Shown: piece after piece, positions 23,958-33,614 of the stretch | Numbering within the stretch: the first letter of the stretch is position 1 | How the letters are laid out: each line of letters opens with the position of its first letter | Virus record (IMG/VR): IMGVR_UViG_2706795039_000001 | Span: 32,001 to 96,000 of that record | DNA: 64,000 nt | Reading direction: 5' to 3' (one strand) | Origin: a virus | Lineage: Duplodnaviria > Caudoviricetes | Made by a program: the position numbers and the translations under genes | Notes under the pieces: generated by a model | Databases searched by the model: none | What the model was told of the DNA's origin: nothing | Seen by the model: the letters and a program-made list of their open reading frames with translations, nothing else

Positions 23958-26750
23958 ATGCTAACGTTTATCGAAGGCATATTTAAGCCATACTTCTCTG
24001 GCTCGGAGTATATCGCTCCTGCTAGTATGGAGAAAGTTAGGCTTGCTAAGGTGTTTGACTCTCAAGGCAACTCAGTTGACCCGATTATGCCAAAGTTCTT
24101 TAACGTGGTAGAATCAGTTAACCCTAATGCTTTGGATCAAGCATTCAAATTAATCTCAGACTACCAAACCAACCCAGAGGTGGCGCTTGTGCGTGCAGCT
24201 CCGGTTGGCGCTATCCGTAGCATACGTAGGAACGCTGAGACATTTAACTGCTCTGTTAGGTCTAGAATTATTCACATGGACATAGATGGTATTTTTGAGG
24301 ATAGGGCACCTGTATCTCTAAAGGAGCAGGCTTTGATCTGCCTGGAATTCCTTAATGAGTTAGAGCCGGAAATCTTTCCTCTTGAAGCTGGATACATAGC
24401 AAAGGCTAGTGGTAGCTCAGGTATCAAGAAAGGAATCCGTCTTCACATGTACATGCAGAATGAGACGGCAGTCTCCAACGCTCAACTCAAGTATCTAGCA
24501 TACCGAGTGAATAAAAAATCTATGGAAAAACATGGATTTGAAATTCTCGATACATCTGTATATGATAAAGTTCATTTGATGTACACTGCTAACCCTGTTT
24601 TTGAAGATCCTCTTTTAGATCCATATAAGGACAAAGAGCGCTCTATCTATGTCGCAGGAAAATCTACTTTAATTCCAGATATAATGCCAGAATACAGAGG
24701 TATGGCTTCGTACACCCTGAAAAAAGAGCATTTCGACTTTATTACCGATATTGAAGGCTTCCATAGCTTCCCTAGCGAAGATTTTGAGAGGCGTATCGAC
24801 GTTCTACGAAATGCAAAAGACAACGTATTTATGCGGCATAGTATTTCTGTATACTGTGCTGCCTTAGAACAGGGTGTAGATATTAACTGGCTTGATGCAG
24901 AAGTAGAGAAGATTCTAGACGGATACGCTAATAGGAAGCGTTCATCAAAAATCTACATTAGCAACGCAAAGCAAGCAGCTTTAAAAATAATCCTAGCAAG
25001 GAGTCTGAGAAAGGTCGATTCAGATATAAGAATCTCTTCAGACCCTACTCATGGTAGTAGCCTACCTATAACTGAGCAGGAGACTAATAGCGCTGAAGCT
25101 GATAGATTCTTGAAAATTAATAGTCTACCCCCAGAAGGAGCAGTCACATTCATAAAAGCTAGCCTAGGGACTGGCAAAACAACTACTGTTCAATCATGGT
25201 TGAAAAGTGGCAAGTTCGAAGGAAGGTTCCTAGCTGTAACTAACACTGTCTCCTTAGTTGAAGGTAACGCCAAGAAGCTAGAGTCTGGCTGCTACAACAA
25301 GCTCAAAGACTTTACTGAATTTAGGGATGGTCAGACACATCGTATGTCAACCACTATTCACTCCTTGCATAGATTTTATGATACCATCACGCAGCGAGGT
25401 ATTGATATGCTATTCATTGATGAATGTGACGCAGTTATGAATGACATTTTATTTAGCGACTTAATCAAAGAAAGGGATAAGTGTATCAAGACACTTAAAC
25501 TTATCTTACAAGAAGCTAAGTATGTTGTACTATCTGACGGAGATATATCATCGGAAACAATAGAAGCTTATGCTAGGTTGTGTGACCCAGTAAAACCTGT
25601 GGTGATCTACAAACATGAACGTAGGATGCTAGAAGGGGCTAGGGCAATAGAGTTGATTGACGAAAACTCTGTGTGGGCTGCTTTACAAGGTTCGCTTGAT
25701 ATTGGCGAAAAGTGTCTGCTAGTTTCAGACTGCTCCCCAGATGAACTCAACGAAAAAGGTATTGCTCTGCGTGCCTCCACAGGTAGGAATATCAAAGAAG
25801 TGCATAAGAACTCTTCGCAAGATGCGGATATTAAGGAGATTCTTATGTATGGCAACGCTGCTCTTATTGGTCAGAATATCCAAGGATTATTATGTAGTCC
25901 TAGCGTGACTAGTGGCGTTGACTTTAATTACTTTGACTCCGTTTTCATTCTTACGCGGGATTCAGGCATCCACGCCCCAAACTTGCGCTTCCAAGCGCTA
26001 AGGCGCGACCGTGGCGCGAAGAATATCTACTACTTCACCAGCCCAATGACTGAAGGTTTCAGGGCTGGTGCGGATAAGTATGATGAAACACTTGGTTGGG
26101 CTTCACGTTGCAGAAGGATTTTTGCCAGAAGAAGGGAGAACGAGTGCCAGAAATACCGTTCTACCTTCAGGATGCTCTTAGTTGACCAGGGCTGTAAAAT
26201 CTCAATCGACCCTAGTCCTTGGGGTAAGATAGAAAGTGCAGCCTCTGTGTACAAAGAAGAGAGGATAAATGCAATCCTATCCGCAACACCATCCTTCTCA
26301 CTTCAACGTCACAACGATGCTTGGGAAATAAAAACCTTCATCACTAAATACTTTGACGATGTTGATGACATTGGGGACATTACTGCAAACCATGTAGAGA
26401 TGTGGCTGGAACTGAAACCACACGACAGAGCTAAGTTCTTCCACCGAGTGTTTAAGGATTATTGGAAGATTCTTAAACAGTGTACGCACTCATTTGAGCC
26501 TTTTGTAAAAGAGCTTAAAGAGAACCCTAACAAGTGGTATCAGTGTACGGGAATGGATGTACGTACTGAGAAGTGGCGTATAGCAAAAAACTTAAAGGCT
26601 ATGGGTATTGATGTAAAGCACCCAGGTAAATTCGACACTATTATTTCTTGGTATCGTACCTATTGCCAAATTGAGGGAATACAAATCCCGAAAGAGTTCA
26701 TGACCGAATCCGAGCTTTTCTTAGCAGGAGATAAAGATGCGTTGTTCTAA
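23958..26750 (+). CDS. obp: replication origin-binding protein (primase-like N-terminus plus SF2 helicase)
   Basis: ASLGTGKTT, FIDECD, SPSVTSGVDF, QALRRDR; T5 synteny. Confidence 0.88.
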   Translation: MLTFIEGIFKPYFSGSEYIAPASMEKVRLAKVFDSQGNSVDPIMPKFFNVVESVNPNALDQAFKLISDYQTNPEVALVRAAPVGAIRSIRRNAETFNCSVRSRIIHMDIDGIFEDRAPVSLKEQALICLEFLNELEPEIFPLEAGYIAKASGSSGIKKGIRLHMYMQNETAVSNAQLKYLAYRVNKKSMEKHGFEILDTSVYDKVHLMYTANPVFEDPLLDPYKDKERSIYVAGKSTLIPDIMPEYRGMASYTLKKEHFDFITDIEGFHSFPSEDFERRIDVLRNAKDNVFMRHSISVYCAALEQGVDINWLDAEVEKILDGYANRKRSSKIYISNAKQAALKIILARSLRKVDSDIRISSDPTHGSSLPITEQETNSAEADRFLKINSLPPEGAVTFIKASLGTGKTTTVQSWLKSGKFEGRFLAVTNTVSLVEGNAKKLESGCYNKLKDFTEFRDGQTHRMSTTIHSLHRFYDTITQRGIDMLFIDECDAVMNDILFSDLIKERDKCIKTLKLILQEAKYVVLSDGDISSETIEAYARLCDPVKPVVIYKHERRMLEGARAIELIDENSVWAALQGSLDIGEKCLLVSDCSPDELNEKGIALRASTGRNIKEVHKNSSQDADIKEILMYGNAALIGQNIQGLLCSPSVTSGVDFNYFDSVFILTRDSGIHAPNLRFQALRRDRGAKNIYYFTSPMTEGFRAGADKYDETLGWASRCRRIFARRRENECQKYRSTFRMLLVDQGCKISIDPSPWGKIESAASVYKEERINAILSATPSFSLQRHNDAWEIKTFITKYFDDVDDIGDITANHVEMWLELKPHDRAKFFHRVFKDYWKILKQCTHSFEPFVKELKENPNKWYQCTGMDVRTEKWRIAKNLKAMGIDVKHPGKFDTIISWYRTYCQIEGIQIPKEFMTESELFLAGDKDALF

Positions 26751-26979
26751 CCCAATAGATAAAGATGTTATAGGGCATGTAGAGTTCTTATTAAGAACTA
26801 GAAAATACTCGCCTCACGAGTTGAGGCGTATTATTGACTCTATAAACGGCCTATATGGTACTATGTATGACTACGGAGCCAAGAAGTTTAAGATGAAAGT
26901 CTGGAACTACTTTCCCACATACTCCTACCTTTGGGAAAACTGTATAGAGGTGGCTGATGAAAAAAGATTTATTATGTAG
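26737..26979 (+). CDS. hypothetical protein
   Basis: overlaps obp stop, AGGAG SD. Confidence 0.65.
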   Translation: MRCSNPIDKDVIGHVEFLLRTRKYSPHELRRIIDSINGLYGTMYDYGAKKFKMKVWNYFPTYSYLWENCIEVADEKRFIM

Positions 26980-27127
26980 GGTTGTGCCACCTATCGTTGC
27001 TAGACACCCTGAGATACTTGACTTACCAAAGCGGACTCAAATAGCCTCAAACGTGGTACTCGCCAACAAATTAATAAAACAAAGAATTGCAGAACTGGTA
27101 GAGAGTAAGATATTATGTTCAAACTGA
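26957..27127 (+). CDS. 56-aa hypothetical protein
   Basis: GAGGTG SD; MKKDLLCRVVPPIVARHPE... Confidence 0.5.
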   Translation: MKKDLLCRVVPPIVARHPEILDLPKRTQIASNVVLANKLIKQRIAELVESKILCSN

Positions 27128-27255
27128 CTTTACTTCAAATAGTTTTAGCAATTTTATGCGCGTTACTTACTGGTTACTCACTAACAGGGAAGCCTACGCT
27201 AGACTGGTCATTTATTAGAGGAAATACCGAATGCGAATTCCACGAAAGAAACTAA
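27115..27255 (+). CDS. 46-aa single-TM protein
   Basis: MFKLTLLQIVLAILCALLTGYSL hydrophobic segment. Confidence 0.5.
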   Translation: MFKLTLLQIVLAILCALLTGYSLTGKPTLDWSFIRGNTECEFHERN

Positions 27256-27524
27256 AGAAGCTTTTAGAGCTAGGGTATGTATATGTTGCCCAGGACGGTG
27301 ACGGCGAGGTTGTCGCTTACAAGAATGAACCCACATTCGACGTAGTAGGTAACGGTGACAGTGCTAGTGACCTGTATTTCTGGTGCCCTAATCCTGCAGG
27401 CTCAGAGCAGTACGAAGTACTACCAAAACAATCCGAGTACCTAGAGATCAAAGACTATTTAACTGAAAAGCAGGTCAAAGCCTCACTTCAGAAAATTTCT
27501 GATTTGCTCAAAGATAAAAATTAA
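27231..27524 (+). CDS. hypothetical protein
   Basis: YVAQDGDGEVVAY..EP motif. Confidence 0.65.
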   Translation: MRIPRKKLKKLLELGYVYVAQDGDGEVVAYKNEPTFDVVGNGDSASDLYFWCPNPAGSEQYEVLPKQSEYLEIKDYLTEKQVKASLQKISDLLKDKN

Positions 27525-27532
27525 TTTATAAT
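27504..27532 (+). promoter_or_regulatory. PN25-like promoter
   Basis: TTGCTC-N17-TATAAT then ATAAATTGA. Confidence 0.8.
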
Positions 27533-27569
27533 AGTTCCATAAATTGATGAACACATAAGGAATCTTGCA

Positions 27570-28412
27570 ATGGCTCCAAGAGTTAAAGCTGACATTAGCG
27601 ACGAGCAATTCAAAAAAGCTATTGAATGGTTGGATAATGGTGGCACTAAGAAAGGAGCTTGCGAGATTCTTGGTGTCTCTAACAACAAAACAATGGAACA
27701 AAGAATAGCCGAGTGGAAATCGTCACAAGAGACTTCTGCTAGACTACGCAAGGAAAAAAGAAAGCAAGCGTGCTCTCCTGAAGAGCGAGCCAACCTTATC
27801 GAAGCGTACTTTGATGGGGACTCGTTCACGGATATTTCGGAACGTTTTTACCGTTCTGTTGCCTACGTTAAACACATCCTGTACCTGTCAGGTGCACTAT
27901 TGCGTGAAAATTCAGCTGAAGCTTCACCTCTGAATGTGCCACTACTACCGGACGAATGTGTTCTGCTAGAAGCAGATTTCCGTGTTAGAGAAAGAATATC
28001 TTTTGAGGCTGAGTCTCTGGCAGTTTTTGAGACTGAGAAGAAAAAGATCTTAGCTGAGCGTGGGTTGAAGCAATCTGATATTGTTGAAGTTCGTTCTCAT
28101 GCAGGTAAGTGGAACCCTCACTGTGCTATTGACATTAAGGGCGAAACCGTATGGCTCCCAGGCTATCAATGCCTAGCAGAAGTGGTTAAAGAAGTACCGT
28201 CAAAACATGGAAAAGCTTTCCGGCTGTATTTGCTAGACCAAGGAAACCACATGTACGTAAATTGCGTATATTGGGATATTGGTTCTTTACGTCACCTTGA
28301 GCTTCTGGGTGCGAAGATCAGTAGTCGGGGTAACTATACTCCAGCTACTCAATGTGTAGAAGCTATGAATGAAGCCTTGAAGAAGGCTAGAACCCAAAAA
28401 GATAACAAGTAA
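27570..28412 (+). CDS. D2: T5 D2-like DNA-binding protein
   Basis: GGTKKGACEILG HTH; synteny. Confidence 0.8.
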   Translation: MAPRVKADISDEQFKKAIEWLDNGGTKKGACEILGVSNNKTMEQRIAEWKSSQETSARLRKEKRKQACSPEERANLIEAYFDGDSFTDISERFYRSVAYVKHILYLSGALLRENSAEASPLNVPLLPDECVLLEADFRVRERISFEAESLAVFETEKKKILAERGLKQSDIVEVRSHAGKWNPHCAIDIKGETVWLPGYQCLAEVVKEVPSKHGKAFRLYLLDQGNHMYVNCVYWDIGSLRHLELLGAKISSRGNYTPATQCVEAMNEALKKARTQKDNK

Positions 28413-28425
28413 GGAATAAAACCTA

Positions 28426-28848
28426 ATGTCAAAGAATATCTGGACAGATGAACTACGAAAAGAAGCTGTAGACATGTACCTAGAGCGTATTGCAGAATAC
28501 GACGAAGATAAGCAGTCGGCTTTCTCAACAGAAGTTGTTGCAGGAATCGCTGAAGAGCTTCAAATGGCTAAAAACAGCGTTCGTGTAATCCTTCAGAAAG
28601 CTACTCGCCCAGACGGTACCCCTGTGTACATCAAGGCTAAGGCAGCTCCTAAAGCCAAAGCTGCTGGTGCTACTTCTGGAGCAGCTGGCAAGAAAGTATC
28701 TAAAGCAGATGCACATGCGGAACTTGTGTCAGCACTAAAAGACCACGGTGCAGAAGTATCTGACGAGCTGATGGAAGTTATTGAAAAAATGACTGGTAAA
28801 GCAGCTCAGCTAATCGCGGAAGCTATCCGTTCTCCAAGTGCCGAATAA
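28426..28848 (+). CDS. D3: T5 D3-like protein
   Basis: WTDELR...KVSKADAHAEL...KMTGKAA; synteny. Confidence 0.8.
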   Translation: MSKNIWTDELRKEAVDMYLERIAEYDEDKQSAFSTEVVAGIAEELQMAKNSVRVILQKATRPDGTPVYIKAKAAPKAKAAGATSGAAGKKVSKADAHAELVSALKDHGAEVSDELMEVIEKMTGKAAQLIAEAIRSPSAE

Positions 28849-28886
28849 TCGGCACTATCTAAAACCTAGACAAAGGCAGTAATTCT

Positions 28887-29201
28887 ATGAATATCACAGA
28901 AATTTTGGCTCAGGCAGACCAACACGGCGACTTTTACATGTACTACCCTAAGAAGGACTCTAAAGGAACTACTTACCTAGTAGGTACTTTGGATTTCGCA
29001 AACAAGTACATCCAGTCCAAAGTCGCGTCCGACCGCGTGACTCGCGGCACAGATCCGGACGCGCTACAGGCTGACCTCCAGAAACGCAACTCGATTCTGG
29101 TGTTTAGCTGGACTAATGACCGCTTCCGTATCCTGCCAGCCACTTCTGTAAAGAAAATGACTGCACTACGGGCGGAAATCCAAAGTGCGGGAAAACGATA
29201 G
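28887..29201 (+). CDS. conserved T5-like hypothetical protein
   Basis: GTLDFANKYI, FSWTNDRFR; synteny. Confidence 0.7.
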   Translation: MNITEILAQADQHGDFYMYYPKKDSKGTTYLVGTLDFANKYIQSKVASDRVTRGTDPDALQADLQKRNSILVFSWTNDRFRILPATSVKKMTALRAEIQSAGKR

Positions 29202-29490
29202 CTTTGAAGGTCACGAAGAGCTAATAGAAGAAATAGTTTACGAGAACTTTGAAAAAGGTGAGCAGATCAGGCTCACCGTTACTGAGTTCCGTGATAACTA
29301 CTATTTAGGTCTAAGAAAGTGGGTAATAGATGCTGAGGACGATTGGTGTCCCACCTATCAGGGCTTCTCTTTCCCCTACAACCTTGCTACAACTAGCAAA
29401 CTCTTTTCAGCTCTTACCAAGATCCTGAGTAAGGCTGAAGTTCTACACGAGGTGCTAGATAATTTGAATTACCAAAAGCCGGGTCAGTAG
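29185..29490 (+). CDS. PC4/p15-like ssDNA-binding protein
   Basis: RLTVTEFRDNYYLGLRKW...PT.QG. Confidence 0.8.
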   Translation: MRENDSFEGHEELIEEIVYENFEKGEQIRLTVTEFRDNYYLGLRKWVIDAEDDWCPTYQGFSFPYNLATTSKLFSALTKILSKAEVLHEVLDNLNYQKPGQ

Positions 29491-29503
29491 ACTCCGGCTT
29501 TTT
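29476..29503 (+). terminator. intrinsic terminator
   Basis: AGCCGG...CCGGCT plus T-tract. Confidence 0.7.
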
Positions 29504-29522
29504 TATTTTATAGGAGTATACT

Positions 29523-29855
29523 ATGGAAGAAGTAGTAAAGATGGTACGATTCAAGGCAATTGCTGGAAGCGTTTCCGACCTGCCTGAAGAAAGTCAAAAA
29601 CAGTTTGAGTTAGCTGTGCCTCAACCAATTCACATCAACTACAACACGTTCATGGATAGTTGTGGAGAGATTACTCTAGCAAAAGTTCTAGAGAATGGCA
29701 GTGTATATGTGGAAGGTGTGGTAGAGGATCCATTGGTTGGTATTTATGTTGGCTTTTCAATGCGGCTAGTAGATGGTGGGGTAGTTGAACCTCTCTCGTA
29801 TGGGGCTTTCCTGCGTCATAAAGACGCCTGTGCAACAGTCATGGAAGCCATCTAA
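29523..29855 (+). CDS. hypothetical protein
   Basis: AGGAG SD. Confidence 0.65.
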   Translation: MEEVVKMVRFKAIAGSVSDLPEESQKQFELAVPQPIHINYNTFMDSCGEITLAKVLENGSVYVEGVVEDPLVGIYVGFSMRLVDGGVVEPLSYGAFLRHKDACATVMEAI

Positions 29856-29856
29856 C

Positions 29857-30105
29857 ATGTTGAGAAAACCGAAAGACAGCCTAGTATGGAAAGCCTCAGA
29901 AGCATGTGACTACATTGCTGAAGGCTATCAAGTGGACTTAGTTATCCCAAGCGAAACTGTAATAGCAGCAGTAAGAGCACAAATAGCTATATTTCTCTGT
30001 ACTAGATATGGCTACTCTGCTAGCAATTCTCAGGCGTTGGTTGAAGAGAAGGTTCAATTTATTCGTAATTGCAAAACGCCTAGAAATAATGTTAAAATAG
30101 TCTAA
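29857..30105 (+). CDS. hypothetical protein
   Basis: likely start MLRKPK, internal to the track ORF. Confidence 0.55.
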   Translation: MLRKPKDSLVWKASEACDYIAEGYQVDLVIPSETVIAAVRAQIAIFLCTRYGYSASNSQALVEEKVQFIRNCKTPRNNVKIV

Positions 30106-30122
30106 TATAAATAGGAGGCTAT

Positions 30123-31085
30123 ATGCTAGATAAATTTATTTCACAATGCCAAGCTGCTTACTACCAAGGTGCTCCTATCATTTCAAATGAAGAGTACGAT
30201 GCCCTAGTACGGATAGACCCAGCCTCGGAGCATTTTATTGGGGAAGCGGGAGAAGTACCTCACGTATACCGGATGTACTCTCTTGAGAAGAAGTATCCAG
30301 GTCGCGGAGACGAGTTGCCTAATTTGGGCATCTACCAAGAAACACCTAAGCTTGACGGGTGCGCTGTCTCACATCTATACATTGATGGCAAATATGTTCG
30401 CAGTCTAACTCGTGGCGATGGTATAAAGGGGCGTGATGTTACAGCAAACCTATCTATGTTAGTGCCTGAGAAGCTGGACACGAATATGCACATCGTGCAG
30501 GTTACTGGTGAAGTCTGTACTACTGAAGAAGTGCAAAACCGACGTAATTTTGCTTCTGGAGCCGTAAACCTGAAGGATGTTACAGAGTTCAAAAGCCGAG
30601 TTGTAGAAGGTGGACTGATTTTTGTAGCGTATGGCTTTCAAGGGAATCGTGAAACAGATACCTACATAAACGATATGAGCTGGCTATCCTCACAAAAGTT
30701 CAACACCGTTCTAGATGAGTCTATCACATCTTTAGTCGAGTGTGGAGCCATTCCTACAGATGGCAAAGTCTATCGTATGATTTACAACAATAAATTCTAT
30801 GCTGCTGGGTTTACCTCCAAGTATCCAAAAGGTGCCTTTGCTGTAAAAGAGGACGAAGAAGGTATTTGGACAGTGCTAGAAGATGTTGTATGGCAAGTAG
30901 GTGGCTCGGGTAAGGTGACTCCAGTTGGTATCGTTAAAGAAGTAGTTATCGACGACGCAAAGATCACACGTGTAACACTAAACAACGTTGATTACATGGA
31001 AGCCATTGGGCTTACCCATATTGGCCAAGAAGTGAGTATCATTAGAGCTGGTGGTATTATCCCTAAAGTAATAGGAGTACGTTAA
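30123..31085 (+). CDS. ligA: NAD-dependent DNA ligase, N-terminal subunit (adenylation + OB)
   Basis: MYSLEK, PKLDG, LTRGDG, RNFASG, WQVG..GKVTPV, RAGGIIPK. Confidence 0.93.
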   Translation: MLDKFISQCQAAYYQGAPIISNEEYDALVRIDPASEHFIGEAGEVPHVYRMYSLEKKYPGRGDELPNLGIYQETPKLDGCAVSHLYIDGKYVRSLTRGDGIKGRDVTANLSMLVPEKLDTNMHIVQVTGEVCTTEEVQNRRNFASGAVNLKDVTEFKSRVVEGGLIFVAYGFQGNRETDTYINDMSWLSSQKFNTVLDESITSLVECGAIPTDGKVYRMIYNNKFYAAGFTSKYPKGAFAVKEDEEGIWTVLEDVVWQVGGSGKVTPVGIVKEVVIDDAKITRVTLNNVDYMEAIGLTHIGQEVSIIRAGGIIPKVIGVR

Positions 31086-31086
31086 G

Positions 31087-31308
31087 ATGGAAGATAAAAA
31101 AGAAGCCCCATTCTCTGAGGAAGAAGCCTTAATTATGCATCTACTTGCCGAGGCCTGGAATGCTTTCTGCAAGATAGAGAGTACCCACCCTTGCCACACG
31201 AAAGATTTTGCTGATGGTATACACAAATGTCAAGATATATTGATACACAAAATGGTTCAGAGGGAATACCCAGGAACCTTTCCAACTTACAAAAAGAACG
31301 AAAAGTAG
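31087..31308 (+). CDS. hypothetical protein
   Basis: AWNAF...HP...DF..GIH..Q pattern. Confidence 0.6.
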   Translation: MEDKKEAPFSEEEALIMHLLAEAWNAFCKIESTHPCHTKDFADGIHKCQDILIHKMVQREYPGTFPTYKKNEK

Positions 31309-31919
31309 CTTGTTTAGTTGGTAGCAGGGATATAGACCTTACTGATGTGCGCAGAATAGCCACGATAGGCAAGCTACTAGACCGACTAGGGTATACTGGT
31401 AGGTCTGGAAATGCTGTTGGTAGTGATATTGAGTGGGATAAGCATCTACAGATGTTACACATCCTGCCGCATAATGGGCACAGGTCTTCAGAAGGCCTAC
31501 CTAAAAGGTATCACGACAACGTAAACTACGTGGCACTAGAAGTATGCCCCTTACATATAAGGGAGCAGGCTCTGAGGATTATCCGGCCTATTATCCGTAA
31601 TTTTGATGATAGGCCTGAGTCCCACCGTAACCTACATCTCAGAAACGTGTTCCAGCCGCTAGGCTTGGACTTAAAAGACCACGCTAGGTTAACCGTATAC
31701 ACAGCCCCTGAAACACGCTATGGTACTGTAGCTGGAGGTACCAGGTCTGCTGTCATGATTAGTAGAAACTATGGTATTCCTACCTATAATTTAAGAATCG
31801 ACTCGCAATTTTACCAGTTAAAAGAGATTCTTGAGAATGAATTAAAAACCCAAATTGACAACGATAACAAGTCGTATTATAATACTGATTCAACGTTAGG
31901 GAACTTTTGTTCAACCTGA
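31227..31919 (+). CDS. SLOG/DprA-like Rossmann-fold protein
   Basis: VGSRD, RSGNAVGSD, RNVFQ.LG, GGTRSAV, IPTYNL. Confidence 0.7.
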   Translation: MSRYIDTQNGSEGIPRNLSNLQKERKVACLVGSRDIDLTDVRRIATIGKLLDRLGYTGRSGNAVGSDIEWDKHLQMLHILPHNGHRSSEGLPKRYHDNVNYVALEVCPLHIREQALRIIRPIIRNFDDRPESHRNLHLRNVFQPLGLDLKDHARLTVYTAPETRYGTVAGGTRSAVMISRNYGIPTYNLRIDSQFYQLKEILENELKTQIDNDNKSYYNTDSTLGNFCST

Positions 31920-31950
31920 GCAGCTAAGAGTAAAAAAGTGAAAAACTTAA

Positions 31951-31979
31951 TTGCTATGCAGCTTAGTTATTGTTATAAT
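31951..31979 (+). promoter_or_regulatory. PN25-like promoter for ligB-D5
   Basis: TTGCTA-N17-TATAAT then ATAAAGTTGA. Confidence 0.8.
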
Positions 31980-32007
31980 AGTTCCATAAAGTTGAGGAGA
32001 CAGATAA

Positions 32008-32799
32008 ATGAAGTTAATTCAAATCCCTACGGAGTGCCCATCTTGCCAATCAAAATTGGATAAAGTTAACGGACAACTCTTCTGTAGGAACACCTCCTGT
32101 CCTGCACAATCTTCTAAACTTGTAGAAAACTTCTGCAAGAAAAACAAAATTAAGGGCTTTGGCGAGAAAACTGTCGCAAAACTAGGGTTATCCTCTATAC
32201 CAGAACTTTTAAATCTAACCGAGCATACGCTCATAGATACTCTAGGCGAAAAAGTTGGTTCAAAGCTCTTTCTCGAAGTACAATCCATTAAAAACCTAAC
32301 TTTTGCTCAAGTCTTAGGCTCGTTAGGTATTAATTTGATTGGAACAGTAGCGGCTGAAAAGGTTGCTGTTATTTGTGGTGATTTTACTGAAATCACTCCC
32401 CAAAATCTGGCTACCGCCGGATTGGGTGAGAAAGCCACACAGTCCCTAACCAGTTGGGTAAACTCGTTAGATGGACAAGGCACTACTGAAGCTTTTTCAA
32501 GCTTCATGGTGTTTGAGGCAAATACTACTGGCTCTCGCAGTGAAGAGTTCGCAGTGAATTACGAGCCGGTAGATATTTGCATTACAGGGTCTTTACTAGA
32601 CTTTAAGAGTCGTTCTGAGGCCGCTGCATATCTAAAACAATTCGGTATCACTGTCAAAGATAGTGTTACCAAAACCGTCAAATACCTTGTCTGTGAAGAT
32701 GAAAAGAAAACATCTAGCTCATCATACAAAAAAGCTCAAGCAGCAGGGATACCTATCTTATCAATAAAAAATCTTTTGGAGAGATTAAACAATGTCTAA
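32008..32799 (+). CDS. ligB: NAD-dependent DNA ligase, C-terminal subunit (Zn finger, HhH, BRCT)
   Basis: PTECPSC...C...CPAQ, IKGFGEK, CITGS...SR..A...SVTK. Confidence 0.92.
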   Translation: MKLIQIPTECPSCQSKLDKVNGQLFCRNTSCPAQSSKLVENFCKKNKIKGFGEKTVAKLGLSSIPELLNLTEHTLIDTLGEKVGSKLFLEVQSIKNLTFAQVLGSLGINLIGTVAAEKVAVICGDFTEITPQNLATAGLGEKATQSLTSWVNSLDGQGTTEAFSSFMVFEANTTGSRSEEFAVNYEPVDICITGSLLDFKSRSEAAAYLKQFGITVKDSVTKTVKYLVCEDEKKTSSSSYKKAQAAGIPILSIKNLLERLNNV

Positions 32800-33559
32800 C
32801 AAATTTACGTGGAAAGAAGAAGCAGTTGCAACCCTAAAAGCTCGTGTAGAAGGCGTAACTCTAGTATCGCAAGATCTATTGCAAGAAATTGCTAACGAAA
32901 TCGGTCACACTGCTCGTGGTGTAGGTTCAAAACTACGTCAGCTAGTAAAAGCTGGTGAGCTGGTTCTAGAAGTTCAAAAAGCAACTGATGCTCAAAAGTC
33001 TGCATGGACTCCCGAAGAAGATGAAGCTCTGGTTGATTTCCTAGATGCTAACGCAGGTTCTTTCACTTATGCTGAGATCGCAGCAACTTTCCTAGGTGGG
33101 AAATTCTCTGCTAAGCAAGTACAAGGTAAGGTTCTTTCTCTAGAGAAGACTGACGCTGTTAAACGTGCTGAAAAGCCTGTTGCACAACGTTCTTACTCTG
33201 AGCAAGAAGAAGCTATGTACGTAGCTATGGCTAACGAAGGCGCTTCTCTAGAAACAATCGCTGAAGCTATGGGTCGTTCCATTGCATCTACTCGCGGTAA
33301 AGGTCTAAGCCTGCATCGTGAAGGTCGTATCGCAGAAATCCCACACCAAGCTGAAAGCCGTGCTACAGTACGTGCTGACTGGCTGCAACCAGTTGAAGAC
33401 AAGCTGGCAGAAATGACTGTCGCTGAAATCGCTGAAGTGGTTGGTAAATCTGAGCGTGGCGTTAAGAACGCACTGACTCGTCGTGCTATGTCTTGTAAAG
33501 ACTACAATGGCGCTGTAAAACGCGAAAAACTGGATAATAAGGCTGCAAAAGCTGAGTAA
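32792..33559 (+). CDS. D5: T5 D5 DNA-binding protein
   Basis: repeated HTH modules; synteny. Confidence 0.85.
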   Translation: MSNKFTWKEEAVATLKARVEGVTLVSQDLLQEIANEIGHTARGVGSKLRQLVKAGELVLEVQKATDAQKSAWTPEEDEALVDFLDANAGSFTYAEIAATFLGGKFSAKQVQGKVLSLEKTDAVKRAEKPVAQRSYSEQEEAMYVAMANEGASLETIAEAMGRSIASTRGKGLSLHREGRIAEIPHQAESRATVRADWLQPVEDKLAEMTVAEIAEVVGKSERGVKNALTRRAMSCKDYNGAVKREKLDNKAAKAE

Positions 33560-33573
33560 TTCTTTTAGGTAAG

Positions 33574-33599
33574 GAGGGAGGCGTAATGCCTCCCTTTTT
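33574..33599 (+). terminator. intrinsic terminator
   Basis: AGGGAGGC-GTAAT-GCCTCCCT-TTTT. Confidence 0.8.
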
Positions 33600-33614
33600 G
33601 TTATCGGAGCAATA

